Source of the DNA: Mobula hypostoma
Taxonomy: Eukaryota
Direction of reading: 5' to 3'
Length of the DNA stretch: 64,000 bases
Assembly (NCBI RefSeq): GCF_963921235.1
Contig: NC_086100.1
Span: 199,642,001-199,706,000, forward strand
A model generated the notes under the pieces. The model was not told where the DNA came from. It was given only the letters and a program-made list of their open reading frames with translations, and made no database searches. A program made the translations under genes and the position numbers. Within the stretch, counting starts at the first letter, position 1, and every line of letters starts with the position of its first letter. Of this stretch, positions 35,201 to 48,800 are shown piece after piece.

Positions 35201-38200
35201 CTCTCCACCCCACCGACCATCCACCCGCACCCAGCGACCCTACACCCGCTCCCGATCCTGACCCGTGTCCTTGGGGCTCCGCGTGATCCGCTCCCTCGGT
35301 AAGTCCATGTGGCGGGGAGCAGCTGTGTGTTTGGCGGTGAGAAGACCCTTCCCCTCACCCGGAGCACGGCGCAGGGAATTCCACGGGTTGGGCAGTGTCT
35401 GTAGGGAAGAGGCAGAGTCAATGGCTGGTGAGGGGTCTCACTGTGAGAGAGCTGACACCACCTTCCACTGTGATCCGGACACAGGAACCCCCACCTTCCA
35501 CTGTGATCCGGACACAGGAACCCCCACCTTCCACTGTGATCTGGACACAGGACCCCTTACCCCACCTTCCACTGTGATCCGGACACAGGACCCCTCACCC
35601 CACCTTCCACTGTGATCCGGACACAGGACCCCTCACCCCACCTTCCACTGTGATCCGGACACAGGAACCCCCACCCACCTTCCACTGTGATCCGGACACA
35701 GGACCCCTCCCCCATCCACCCACCTTCCACTGTGATCCGGACACAGGACCCCCCCCCCACCCACCTTCCACTGTGATCCGGACACAGGACACCCACCGCG
35801 ACCGAACCCACACGAAGGCCATCCCCGAGCAGAGGAGCGGCCCATCGCTCCACCTCCCTCGACCCCTGGTCATGCGGGACCGGTCCCGGACAGCCGCGTC
35901 GGACGGCAGCATGTCCCAAAGGACGCGAGGGCTCAGGGCGCGGTACAGAGGCTCACCGACAGACTCTTGCTTCCAATGTGTGGACATGCGAGATGAGCTC
36001 GTTCTGAAAGGGTGCGGAGGAGGGCTTTGACCGCTAGGACTGATGGCCTGGCAATGTTCCGGGTACCGCTGCACAAGGAACGTAGACACCATGGGCGTGT
36101 TCCCGGGCAGGCAGGCAGGCACCGGAACAGATAATGTAATGACAGTAATAGCTTTAATTAGAGAGCACTTTTCACGCAGATGAAGTAGTTCTAAGTGTTT
36201 TACAGTGGGATAAAAGCAGGGGTGCGGTGCTGCCGGAGCTCATCAGAGCGCCGTTCCGGCACCTCTGTTTAAAAAAAAGTCAAAATGAACAAGCGGGGAA
36301 TTTAACAGCGGCCGCATATTAAATAGAGGGAATTTTACGGAAGCGGGGGTTGGGGACACGGGGTGGTGGCTGGTTGGGAAAGTCACCTCTAAATCAAAAG
36401 GAACTGTCTGAATGTGCCTCTCAATTAGAACAACAAATTTTCAATGTAGGCCGTGTTCTGGGCACCAGGTGGGTAGCTAGCTCGTTTCGAACAGTTTCAG
36501 CAGTGGCAAAATTATGAAGCACTGTGTTTTCATTTTGAAAAAGCAATGAAGGATGAAACAAGATCTGGAAGTGAAGAAAAACCTATGAAGGTCTGTTGAA
36601 AAGACTCTCTTCAGAACAGTTTTTATTGGGCTTAGCTCTAATGTATGACACATTGCATGAACTTGGTTTACTGTCAGAGTATTTACAGAAACGCACTATC
36701 ATTGTTTATACGGACAAACTGATCCAACGGAGCATAAGATCACTGCAAGGACTGAAAGAGTAACCTGGTACAAAAACCCTAGAAGCTCAAGAGGCAGTTG
36801 AAAAGGGGAGGTTTGGAGAAATTACCTTAACAAGCAACAACAAAATTGTCTCCATTAATTATCTACAGTTTCTTACTAGTCAAAAATAACTTGCAGTACC
36901 GTATGTTCACGGCAACATCATTGAAAGGTTCTCCAACTTCTAAGCCTCTAAACCTCAAAGTATGTGTAAATCCTTGCTAAATTAAGTAAGTGTGTGTCCT
37001 TGATAAAGATAACTGGCCTGCTGAAATACCGCCTGATGATGGAGAAGCTGCAATATCATCTCTCTGTAAGAGGTTTAAATGTAACTGTCTCAGGGACATG
37101 TTTCATTGAGATGTTTATTTTATATGTTTTTCTCAAATTCATGATTATTTTATCTCCTTAAAATATTTTATGTAAGGTTTATTTAATGTAGAGTGGAACG
37201 GGTCACGTGGCCAGAGTTTAACGAAAGCATGACTGTGGCATTATGGGTCAGAACCAACGTGGAAGCAGAGAAAGACCCACGACCCTAAAGTAATCTTATA
37301 CTGCATGTGGTCCAAGAGGTACACACGGTAATTGGTTTTCTGAATTTGTTTTATATAATGTTGTTGAGGTGTCTTTATATGAACAGTGTGATACGTTTTA
37401 GTGACTTATTTGATTTCAGTACACTTCTGATGTGCTAAGGTGTTTGGGCTTGTTTATCGGCAAACACGAGCTTGAGAGACTTTAAAAGAATCAGGGATGT
37501 ATGTTTCAAACTTTATATCCTTTATTTTCTTGTAGTTTTCACGGTGTCTACTGAAGAGAGAGGGAAATAAAAATAAATCTTCAAGGACATCTGTATGTTG
37601 CATGGGCATTAGTTCATTGGACTGGTGCAGTTACATTAAGCTTTCTTCTTCCTTGTTTATTCAGTCCTCATTTATTGTCATTTAGAAATGATACAATGTT
37701 CCTCCAGAATGATATCACAAGAAAAACACAGGAGAAACGAAGACTAAAACTGACAAAATCACATAATTATAACATATAGTTACAACAGTGCAAAGCAATA
37801 CCATAAAGAGCAGACCATGGGCAGGGTAAAAAAAAGTCTCAAAGTCTCGATAGCCTCATCATCTCACGCAGACAGTAGAAGGGACAGTAGACTCTCCCTG
37901 CCATGAACCTCCAGCGCCGCAGACTTGCTGATGCAGCACCCTGGAAGCACCCGACCACAGCCGACTCTTGAGTCCGTCCGAAAACTTCGAGCCTCCGACC
38001 AGCCCTACGACACCGAGCACTGAGCACCATCTCTGCCGAGTGTTTCGACCCCGTCCCGGCCACCGAGCAACAAGCAAAGCCGAGGACTCGGGGCCTTCCC
38101 CTCCGGAAATTCTGGATCACACAGTAGCAGCGGCAGTGAAGCAGGCATTTCAGAAGTTTCACCAGATGTTCCTCCGTGCTCTCACGTCCATCTCCATCAA

Positions 38201-41200
38201 ATCAGGATTGTGCACGGCACCTACTTAACAAATACGATATCATTTGGAGCGCCCGCCTCTAGATGGCTTTTAAATGTTGCTGAAGTGCCCGTCCCAACTA
38301 CTGTATCTGGCAGCTCATTCCAAATATTCGACACTCTCTGTGTGAAGAAGCTGACCCGATGACCCTTTTAAATCTCTCCCCTCTGATCTCAAACCTGTGC
38401 CCTTTTTGTTTTAAACACTCCCTCCGACAGGAAAGTATGTGCATTCCCTGTCTATGTCCCTTCTGATTCATTTACTTCATTCAGGTCTCCCCTCAATTAC
38501 CTACGTTCCAGAAATAAAATCCTTTCCACACAACCTCCCCTTGTAACTCAGGCCCCCTGGTCCCTGGTGCAGGCAACATCCTGGTAAATCTTCCGGGGCG
38601 TCTCGGCGAACTCTCAATGGATACGATTAAATATTCCCGTTTCAGCCTGATACGGTACAGCTAAAAAACACAACTGCTTCCAAGGACAGTACAGTCAACA
38701 AAGATGTCTCGATGTGTTTAAAAGAACTATCGCTGCTCAAAACTGATGGAAACAACACCGATTGTGATCAGAAGCGCCCACGGAGGAAGCGCAAGTGCAG
38801 AGCCGGGTTACAAGTGCGTTTGAGGAAACGGGGATTTAAACTCCGTATACCGACGATCTTGCTGGCGAACGTGCAGTCTCTGGTGAATAAAATCGATGAT
38901 CTAAGAGCCAGGGTGCTGAATCAGAGGGACGTGAGGACCGCGTGTGTCCTTTGTGTCAGGGAATCCTGGTTAACCCCTTCCGTACCGGATGCAGTGATTC
39001 AGATCTACGGGTTTACTATGCACCGTCAGGATAGATCTACAGAGTCTCTCAAAAGCAGAGGTGGAGGAGTATGCCTCAGGGTCAACTCTTCTTGGTGCAC
39101 AAATTTATCAGTGCTGTCCCAATTCTGCTCACCAGACCTGGAATATCTAGCAGTAAAGTGCCGTCCTTTTTCCCTACCAAGGGAGTTCTCTAGGATCATT
39201 TTGGTAGCAGTTTACATTCCACCTCAGGTCAATGTCAATCAGGCTTTAGATGATCTGAGCAATGGGATCAACATGCACGAAACAGCGCGCCCTAACGCCT
39301 TCACCATCGTTTTGGGGGATTTTAACCAGGCCAGTCTGAAAAAAATCACTAAGCAATTACCATCAACAGATCACTTGCAAAACCAGAGGAAACAACACAC
39401 TGGACCATTGTTACACCACCATCAAGAATGCCTACCGTTCTATTCCACGTCCTCACTTCGGGAAGTCTGATCACCTGGCTGTACTTCTACTCCCTGAGTA
39501 TATCAGAGACTGAAGACTGCAGCACCAGCAGTGAGGACCAGGAAGGTTTGGACAAGGGAAGCACAGGATCACCTACAGGACTGCTTTGAATCGGTGGACT
39601 GGACTGTATTCAGGGATTCATCTTTGAATCTGGATGAGTATGCTGCAGTTGTCACTGACTTCATTGAAACCTGTGTGGATGAGTGTACCTACAAAGACTT
39701 AGTGTACATTCCCAAACCAAAAGCTGCGGATGAACCAGGAGGTACGTCATCTGCTGAAGGCCAGATCTGTGACATTCAAGTCGTGACCCAGGCCTGTACC
39801 AGAAAACCAGGTATGATTTGTGGAGGGCTATTTCAAAGGTGAAGAGACAATTTTGGATGAGCATGGAGGCAACATTGGATGCACGGCAACTCTGGCAGTG
39901 TTTGCAAGATATTACTTCCTACAAAGCAAAACCCAATAGTATGAATGGCAGTGATGCTTCGCTACCAGATGAACTTAACGCCTTCTATGCACACTTTGAA
40001 AGGGAGAACACAACTACAGCTGTGAAAATCCCTGCTGCACCTGATGACCCTGTGATCTCTGTCTCAGAGGCTGATGTTAGACTGTCTTTAAAGAGAGTGA
40101 ACCCTCGCAAGGCGGAAGGTCCCGATGGAATACCTGGTAAGGCTCTGAAAACCTGTGCCAACCAACTGGCAGCATTATTCAAAGACATTTTCAACATCTC
40201 ACTGCTATGGGCAGAAGTTCCCACTTACTTCAAAAGGTAACAATTATATCAGTGCCTAAGAAGAATAATGTGGGCTGCCTTAATGACTATCATCCGGTAG
40301 CACTCACATCGACAGTGATGAAATGGTCTGAGAGGTTGCTCATGACTAGACTGAACTCCTGCCTCAGCAAGGACCTGAACCCATTGCAATTTGCCTATCG
40401 CCACAATAGGCCAACAGTAGATGCAATCTCAATGGCTCTTCACACAGCTTTAGACCACCTGGATAACACAAACACCTACATCATGCTGTTCATCGACTGT
40501 AGTTCAGAATTTAATACGATCATTCCCACAATCCTGATTGAGAAGTTACAAAACCTGGGCCTCTCTACCTCATTCTGCAATTGGATCCTATCTGGAAGAC
40601 CACAATCTGTGTAGATTGATGAGAACATCTCCTCGCTGACGATCAGCACTGGTGCACCTCCGGGGTGTGTGCTTAGCCCACTGCTCTACTCTCTCTACAC
40701 TCACGACTGTGTGGCTAAGCATGGCTCAAATATTATCTATAAATTTGCTGATGATACAACCATCGTTGGTAGTATCTCAGGTGGTGAGGAGAGGGCACAC
40801 AGGAGTGACGTATGCCAACTAGTGCATGGTGTGGCAGCAACAACCTGGAACTGAACCTCAGTAAGACGGAAGAGCTGATTGTGGACTTCAGGAAGGGTAA
40901 GATGAAGGAACACACACCAATCCTCATAGAGGGATCAGAAGTGGAGAGAGTGAGCAGCTTCAAGTTCCTGGGTGTCAGGATCACTGAGGATCTAACCTGA
41001 TCCCAACATATCGATGTACGTAGTTATAAAGAAGGCAAGACAGTGGCTATACTTCATTAGGAGTTTGAAGAGATTTTGCATGTCAACAAATACATCCAAA
41101 AACTTTTATAGATGTATTGTGGGGAGCATCTGACAGGCTGCATCACTGTATGGTATGGGGTGGTGGTGGCGGAGGGGGGGGGGGGGTCTACTGCACAGGA

Positions 41201-42287
41201 CCGAAAGAAGCTGCAGAGGGTTGTAAATCTGGACAGCTCCATCTTGGCTACTAGCCTACAAAGTACCCAGGACATCTTTAGGAAGCAGTGTCTCACAAAG
41301 GCAGCGTCCATTATTAAGGACCTCCAGCACCCAGGGCATGCCCTTTTCTCACCGTTACCATCAGGTAGGAAGTACAGAAGCCTGAAGGCACACACTCAGT
41401 GATTCAGGAACAGCTTCTTCCCCTCTGCCATCCGATTCCTAAATGGACATTGAATCTTTGGACACGACCTCACTTTTTTAATATACAGTATTTCTGTTTT
41501 TGCATGTTTTTTAAAAAAATCTATTCAATATACGTAAACTGTAATTGATTTACTTTGTTTTTTTTCTCTTCTATATTATGTTTTGCAATGAACTGCTGCT
41601 GCTCAGTTAACAAATTTCATGTCACATTCCGGTGATAATAAACCTGATTCTGATTCTGATCTTTTCTGCACTCTTTCCATACCCTCCCCTCCCCCTTCCT
41701 CCAGACCTCCTTTCCCTGTCCACTGGTTCTCCCCCTACCCCACCACCCTCCACTTTCCCAAGCCCCTACCCCCAAGTCCCAGCTGGGTGGGAGCTCTTCG
41801 TGTACAGACCTCCTCTCCCCAGCACCGGTGGGGCCACACGTGTGGAGTTCTCGGCCCAGGAAGGAGGAGCCTGTCTCTGTCACACACTGGGGATGGGTCG
41901 CTCGACCGAAGCTCGGAATGGGAGAGTTGTCCCATCAGGGAAGGGCGAATCGGTGAGGCTGCAGCTCACCGGAGACCGAGAGCATGAAGGGGATTGACGG
42001 GGGAGCTGGTGGAATCTGCTGCTGGGAGGGACAGAACTGAGTGTGTGTGAGGGTCCCTCCTCCTCCCAGTTTCAACCATCACCTTGTGTTTCTGTCTCCC
42101 CTCTCCACTCCCCCCAGCTTTTAACTCTGACTCCTCATCTTTGTTCTCCAGTCCTGCTGAAGGGTCTCGGCCCAAAAAAATCAAATCCTTTCTCCATAAA
42201 TGCTGCCTGACCTGCTGAGTTCCTCCAGCATTTTGTGTGCTGGTCAGATTTCCAGCATCTGCTGCTTTTCTCTTGTTTGTCGTGAGT

Positions 42288-42331
<44 letters not shown>

Positions 42332-43372
42332 TGTCTGTCTGTATGTATGTGTTGTTGAGTATTGTCTGTTTGTGTGTCTGTGTGCACGTGTCTAGGAGTT
42401 GAGGATGCCATCGTCTACCTGTGTCTACGCCCACCTGGACAAGCCAGCGAGCACTGTGAGGGTCATGTTTTTTGACTTTTCCAGTGCGTTCAACACCATC
42501 CGCCCTGCTCTGTTGGGGGAGAAACTGACAGCGATGCAGGTGGATGCTTCCCTGGTATCATGGATTCTTGACTACCTGACTGGCAGACCACAGTACATGT
42601 GCTTGCAACACTGTGTGTCCGACAGAGTGATCAGCAGCACTGGGGCTCCACAGGGGACTGTCTTGTCTCCCTTTCTCTTCACCATCTACACCTCGGACTT
42701 CAACTACTGCACAGAGTCTTGTCATCTTCAGAAGTTTTCGGATGACTCTGCCATAGTTGGATGCATCAGCAAGGGCGATGAGGCTGAGTACAGGGCTACG
42801 GTAGGAAACTGTGTCACATGGTGTGAGCAGAATTATCTGCAGCTTAATGTGAAAAAGACTAAGGAGCTGGTGGTAGACCTGAGGAGAGCTAAGGTACCGG
42901 TGACCCCGGGGGTCATCCAGGGGGTCAGTGTGGAAATGGTGGAGGGTTACAAATACCTGGGGATACGAATTGACAATAAACTGGACTGGTCAAAGAACAC
43001 TGAGGCTGTCTACAAGAAGGGTCAGAGCCGTCTCTATTTCCTGAGGAGACTGAGGCCCTTTAACATCTGCTGGATGCTGCTGAGAATGTTCTACGCGTCT
43101 GTGGTGGCCAGTGCTATCGTGTTTGCTGTTGTGTGCTGGGGCAGCAGGCTGAGGGTAGCAGACACCAACAGAATCAACAAACTTATTCGTAAGGCCAGTG
43201 ATGTTGTGGGGATGGAACTGGACTCTCTGATGGTGGTGTCTGAAAAGAGGATGCTGTCCAAGTTGCATGTCATCTTGGTCAATGTCTCCCATCCACTACA
43301 TAATGTACTGGGTGGGCACAGGAGTACATTCAGCCAGAGACTCATTCCTCCGAGATGCAGCACAGAGCGTCA
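26295..43372. repeat. Tandem segmental duplication, unit 2 (copies: LTR 27350-31979, SINE 27458-27746, CR1 28718-31782, exons 32047-32130 / 33545-33649 / 35359-35398 / 35957-36092, minisatellites ~32730-33237 and ~35457-35792, Rex1-A 38593-41658)
   Basis: Near-identity to 9204-26279. Confidence 0.98.
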
Positions 43373-43612
43373 TAGGAAGTCATTCCAGCCTGTGGCCATC
43401 AAACTTTACAACTCCTCCCTTGGAGGGTCAGACACCCTAAGCCAATAGGCTGGTCCTGGACTTATTTCATAATTTACTGGCATAATTTACATATTACTAT
43501 TTAACTATTTGTTACTATTTTCTATTACTATTTCTATTACTATTTATTATCTATGGTGCAACTGTAACGAAAACCAATTTCCCCCGGGAGCAATAAAGTA
43601 TGAGTATGACTA
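42388..43612 (+). mobile_element. Rex1 LINE family C, 5'-truncated, intact 3' end
   Basis: 349-aa RT ORF 42399-43448, AATAAA and (GACTAT)n tail. Confidence 0.93.
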
Positions 43613-44100
43613 TGTGTGTATGTCTGTGTGTTCTCTCTGTTTATGTGTGTGTATCTGTGAGTGTGTGACTGTGTCTGTGGGTCTCGTCATTTGTGTGTGT
43701 GTCTGTCACTCTCTGTGCATGTCTCTCACTCTGTTTGTGTATGTGTGTATCTGTGTGCACATGTCAGTGTGTGTGTGTGTATGTCTGTGTGGACTGTGTG
43801 TGTGTGTGTGGGTGTGTGTGTTGTAGATTATTGTCTGTCTCTTGGTGTGTTTATGTGTGTGTCTGTGTTTGTGTGTGTGAGACTGTATATGTGTGTGTGA
43901 GTCTGTGTGTATGGCTGTGTGTTCTCTCTGTTTATGTGTCTCGGTGTTTATGTGTGTGTGTCTTTGGGTGTGTGTCTGTGAGTGTGCGACTGTGTCTGTG
44001 GGTCTCGTCACTCATTTGTGTGTGTGTCTCTCTCACTCTCACTTTCTGTGCATGTCTCTTACTGTGTTTGTCATTGTGTGTGTCTGTGTATGTGTGTGAG
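43613..44100 (+). repeat. Complex (TG)n-derived low-complexity repeat
   Basis: Degenerate TG/TCTG tract with longer internal repeats. Confidence 0.9.
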
Positions 44101-44138
44101 AGAATCGTCACTGAACCAGAGTATCTTCATTGCCACAG

Positions 44139-44222
44139 ATCATCCAAGACCAGTTCTAGCTCCTCGGAGATGTTTGGGGACTTGTCACGTTCCCACCGTG
44201 GAAACCTCGCCAACTCCCAGCA
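44139..44222 (+). other. Putative 84-bp exon paralogue (DHPRPVLAPRRCLGTCHVPTVETSPTPS)
   Basis: Same acceptor/donor and homologous intron flanks as 14956-15039, opposite orientation. Confidence 0.55.
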
Positions 44223-45423
44223 GTAAGTGGACGAGAAATCTTGGAGAATTCCTTCCTGATGGTGTAGTTAAAAATGTCAGAGACCCATCTGTCCCAGCTC
44301 CCTGAAGTTGTTGTCACTATGTTCTGCCGTCCATTGATCTTCCAGAGTCTCTGGTGACATCCAGCATGGAGAGAGGCCGTTCAGCCCATCTGATCCATGC
44401 TGACTGCGCTGGCCGAGTGTCTTAAGTACTCCCTCCCTTGGGAAAACATGTGTTTTCCCCTGTCTACGTCCCTTCTGATCTCATTTACCTCATTCAGGTC
44501 ACCCCTCAATGGCCTACATTCCTGAAAATAAAGTCCTTGTCTACACAACCTCTCCTTCTAACTCAGGCCCCCAGATCCAGGCACCGTCCTGGTAAATCTT
44601 TTCCGTACGTTTTCTAGTGTAATACCATCTTTCCTATACAGGGTGACTAAAACTGTGCACAATAGTCCCAATGCAGCCTCACCAATGCCTTGTATAACTG
44701 CAACAGAACTCCTCCACTCAGTGAAGGCCAGGGGGCCACACACCCCCACTGTCCTGTCTTTCTGTGATGCCATTGTCTGCAAACCATGCACTTGCACTCC
44801 AATTCAACTCCGCAGGGCTCTACAATTCACTGCTCAAGGCCAGTCTTGGTTTGATTTCCTAAAATGTGACACCTGACATTTATGTGGATTGTACGGCATT
44901 TGCCAACTCACACACAGCTGTGGATTGACAATCCCCTTGTCAGGATCACTAGCCAATTCATGTGCAGAAACCACAGAGACTTCCGCAATTCAAACAGAAC
45001 TAAAGATTTATCACAGAAATTAACCAGAAAACCGAACAGGAGCTCAAGCACTCTATACAGAATGTCGATGAACAGAAATCACTGACGATACATAGAGAGA
45101 ACTGGGTCTGAGTTTGACCTGACAAGAAACCACAGTGACCCAGCAGAGAGACGTTTCCCTGCCTCTGAAATACACCCTGGCGCATGTAGGAATTCCGGAC
45201 ATTGACAATGCTGTGCTAATTACGCAATTTATCCCCGATTGAATAAAACTGATAAGAACAAAGAGTTTAACAATCCACATGACCCCAACCGCAAAACAAA
45301 GTGAAAAACCAGGGCGAGTGGAATGACAAACAATTAGACACAACAAGTAAACAATCCAAGGACAACGTAAACCCACGAGGTGACGTTGAGAAAAATACAG
45401 TCGGCATACAAACTGAAAATGAG

Positions 45424-45800
45424 ATCTATGAGATCCCCCCTCATTCTCTTGAACTCCAGGGAATACAGCCCAAGAGCTGCCAGACATTCCTGATACAGTA
45501 ACCCTTTCATTCCTGGAATCATTCTCCTGAACCTTCTCCGAACCCTCTCCAATGTCAGTATATCCTATCTAAAATAAGGAGCCCAAAGCTATTCCAAGTG
45601 TGGTATCACATCCCTGCTCTTATATTCTGTAACTCTAGAAAGGAATGCCAACATTGCATTCACCTTCTTCATCACTGACTCTACCTGGAGGTTACCTTTA
45701 GGGTATCCTGCACAAGGACTCCCAAGTCCCTTTGCATCTCTGCATTTTGAATTCTCTCCCCATTTAAATAATAGTCTGCCCGTTTATTTCTTCCACCAAA
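45424..45800 (-). mobile_element. CR1 ORF2 internal fragment
   Basis: ERVRRRFRRMIPGMKGLLYQECLAALGLYSLEFKRMRGDL. Confidence 0.8.
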
Positions 45801-48800
45801 GGCTCTCACAGCTAATGGTACGAGCTAACAGTTTAAAAAGTTCGTCTGTTTGGTGAGGTAAGTGGGTGAGTAGGCTTATTTTTCCTGTTTCATTCCTGTA
45901 GAATTAGATAGCATGCCTGCAGGGTTAGTGCTTTGTTCAGGGTGTCAGATGTGGGAATCCTGGGAGACCTCCAGCCTCCCTGATGGCCACATCTGTGCCA
46001 GGTGCACCGAGATGCAGCTCCTCAGAGACCGTGTTAGGGATCTGGAGCTGCAGCTTGATGACCTACTGCTTATCAGGGAAAGTGAAGAGGTGATAGACAG
46101 GAGCTACAGGGAGGTAGTCATCCCTAGGCTACAGGGGTCAGAAAACTGGGTCACTGTCAAGAGAGGGAAGGGAAATGCCCGGATAGTGGAGAGCACCCCT
46201 GTGGCTGTCCCCCTCAGCAACAAATATCTTGTTCTGGATGCTGCTGAGGGGGATGACCTGACAGGGGACGCCCACAGTGACCGGGTCTCTGGCACAGAGC
46301 CTGGCGCTGTTGTGCAGGAGAGAAGGAGGGAGAAGAGAAATGCAGTAGTCGTAGGGGATTCCATAGTCAGGGGAATGGACAGGAGATTCTGTGAGCCTGA
46401 TAGAGATACCCACATGCTGTGTTGCCTCCCAGGTGCCAGGGTACGGGATGTCTCGGATCGGGTCCTGAATATTCTAAAGGGGGAGGGTGAGCAGCCAGTT
46501 GTCTTGGTACATGTTGGTACCAATGACATAGATAGGACAAAGGAGGAGGTCCTGAAGAGAGATTTCTGGGAGTTAGGAAGGAAGCTGAGAAGCAGGACAT
46601 CCAGGGTAGTAATCTCGGGATTGCTACCTGTGCCACGTGCTAGCGAGGGCAAGAATAGTAGGATCAGGCAGATGAATGCGTGGCTGAGAGACTGGTGCAG
46701 GGGGCAGGGCTTCAGATTCTTGGATAATTGGGATCTCTTCTGGGGGAAGTATGACCTGTTCAAAAAGGACAGGTTACACCTGAACCCGAAGGGGACCAAT
46801 ATCCTGGCGGGAAAGTTTAATAGAGCTGTTAGGGAGGGTTTAAACTAATTTGTCAGGGGGATGGGAACCAGAATGATAGAGCGGAGGAAGGGGAAAACAG
46901 AAATAAATCTAAGATAGTGAGCAGTAAAGATGTCAGGAAAGACAGGCAGGTGATGGGGCAAATTTGTAGCCATTGGGATGAGTTGCAGTGCAATAAAGTT
47001 GCAGTGAAATCAAAGCAAAAAGTATCAAATACTGGTCTTAAGGTGTTGTACTTAAATGCACGCAGCATAAGGAATATGGTGGATGATCTTGTGGTACAGC
47101 TACAGATTGGCAGGTATGGATATTGTAGCTATCACTGAGACCTGACTAAAGCATCCATGTCTCTGGGAGCTGAACGTCCAAGGATACACGGTGTATCGGA
47201 AGGATAGGAAGGTAGGCAGAGGGGGAGGCGTGGCTTTGTTGGTAAGAAATGACATTAAATTATTAGAAAGAGGTGATATAGGATCGGAAGGTGCAGAATC
47301 TTTATGGGTTGAGCTAAGAAACCACAGGGGTAAAAGGACCCTGATGGCAGTTATATACAGGCCTCCAAACAGCTGCAGTGATGTGGACTACAAATTACAA
47401 CAGGAAATAGAAAAGGCTTGTCAGAAGGGCAGTGTTATGATAAATGTGGGGGATTTTAACATGCGAGTGGATTGGGAAAATCAGGTCAGCACTGGATCTC
47501 AAGAGAGAGAATTTGTAGAATGTCTGCGAGATGGCTTTTTAGAACAGCTTGTTATTGAGCCCACTAGGGGATCGGCTGTACTGGATTGGGTATTGTGTAA
47601 TGAACTGGAGGTGATTAGAGACATTGAGGTGAAAGAACCCTTAGGAGTCAGTGATCATAACATGATTGAGTTCACTGAATTTTGGAAAAGAGAAGCCGAA
47701 ATCTGATGTGTCGGTATTTCAGTGGAGTAAAGGAAATTTCAGTGGCATGAGAGAGGAACTGGCCAAAGTTGACTGGAAAGGAACACTGGTGGGAAAGACG
47801 GCAGAGCAGCAGTGGCTGGGGTTTATGCGAGAAGTGAGAAATGTGCAAGACAGGTATATTCCAAAAAGGAAGAAATTTTCGAGTGGAAAAAGGATGCAAC
47901 CGTGTTTGACAAGAGAAGTAAAAGCCAAAGTTAAAGCAAAGGAGAGGGCATACAAGGAAGCAAAAATTAGTGGGAAGACAGAGGATTGGGAAGTTTTTAA
48001 AGCCTTACAAAAGGAAACTAAGAAGGTCATTAAGAGGGAAAAGATTAACTATGAAAGGAAGCTAGCAAATAATATCAAAGAGGATACGAAAAGCTTTTTC
48101 AAGTATATAAAGAGTAAAAGACAGGTGAGAGTAGATATAGGACCAATAGAAAATGATACGGGAGAAATTGTAGTGGGAGATAAGGAGATGGCAGAAGAAC
48201 TGTATGAGTAGTTTGCATCAGTCTTCACTGAGGAAGACATCAGCAGTATACCGGACACTCAAGGGTGGCAGGGAAGAGAAGTGTGCGCTGTCACAATTAC
48301 GACAGAGAAAGTAATCAGGAAGCTGAATAGGCTAAAGGTAGATAAATCTCCTGGACCAGATGGAATGCATTCTCGTGTTCTGAAGGAAGTAGCTGTGGAA
48401 ATTGCGGAGGCATTAGCAATGACCTTTCAAAAGTCGATAGATTCTGGCATGGTTCCGGAAGACTGGAAGATTGCAAATGTCACTCCGCTATTTAAGAAGG
48501 GGGCAAGGAAGCAAAAAGGAAATTATAGACCTGTTAGCTTGACATCGGTGGTTGGGAAGTTGTTGGAGTCGATTGTCAAGGATGAGATTACAGAGTACCT
48601 GGAGGCATATGACAAGATAGGCAGAACTCAGCATGGATTCCTTAAAGGAAAATCCTGCCTGACAAACCTATTACAGTTTTTGAGGACATTACCAGTAGGC
48701 TAGACAAGGGAGATGCAGTGGATGTTGTATATTTGGATTTTCAGAAGGCCTTTGACAAGGTGCCACACATGAGGCTGCTTAACAAGATCAGAGCCCATGG

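Noticed and set aside
43509..44305. Cys/Val- or His/Thr-rich ORFs
   Set aside because: Translations of (TG)n microsatellite.
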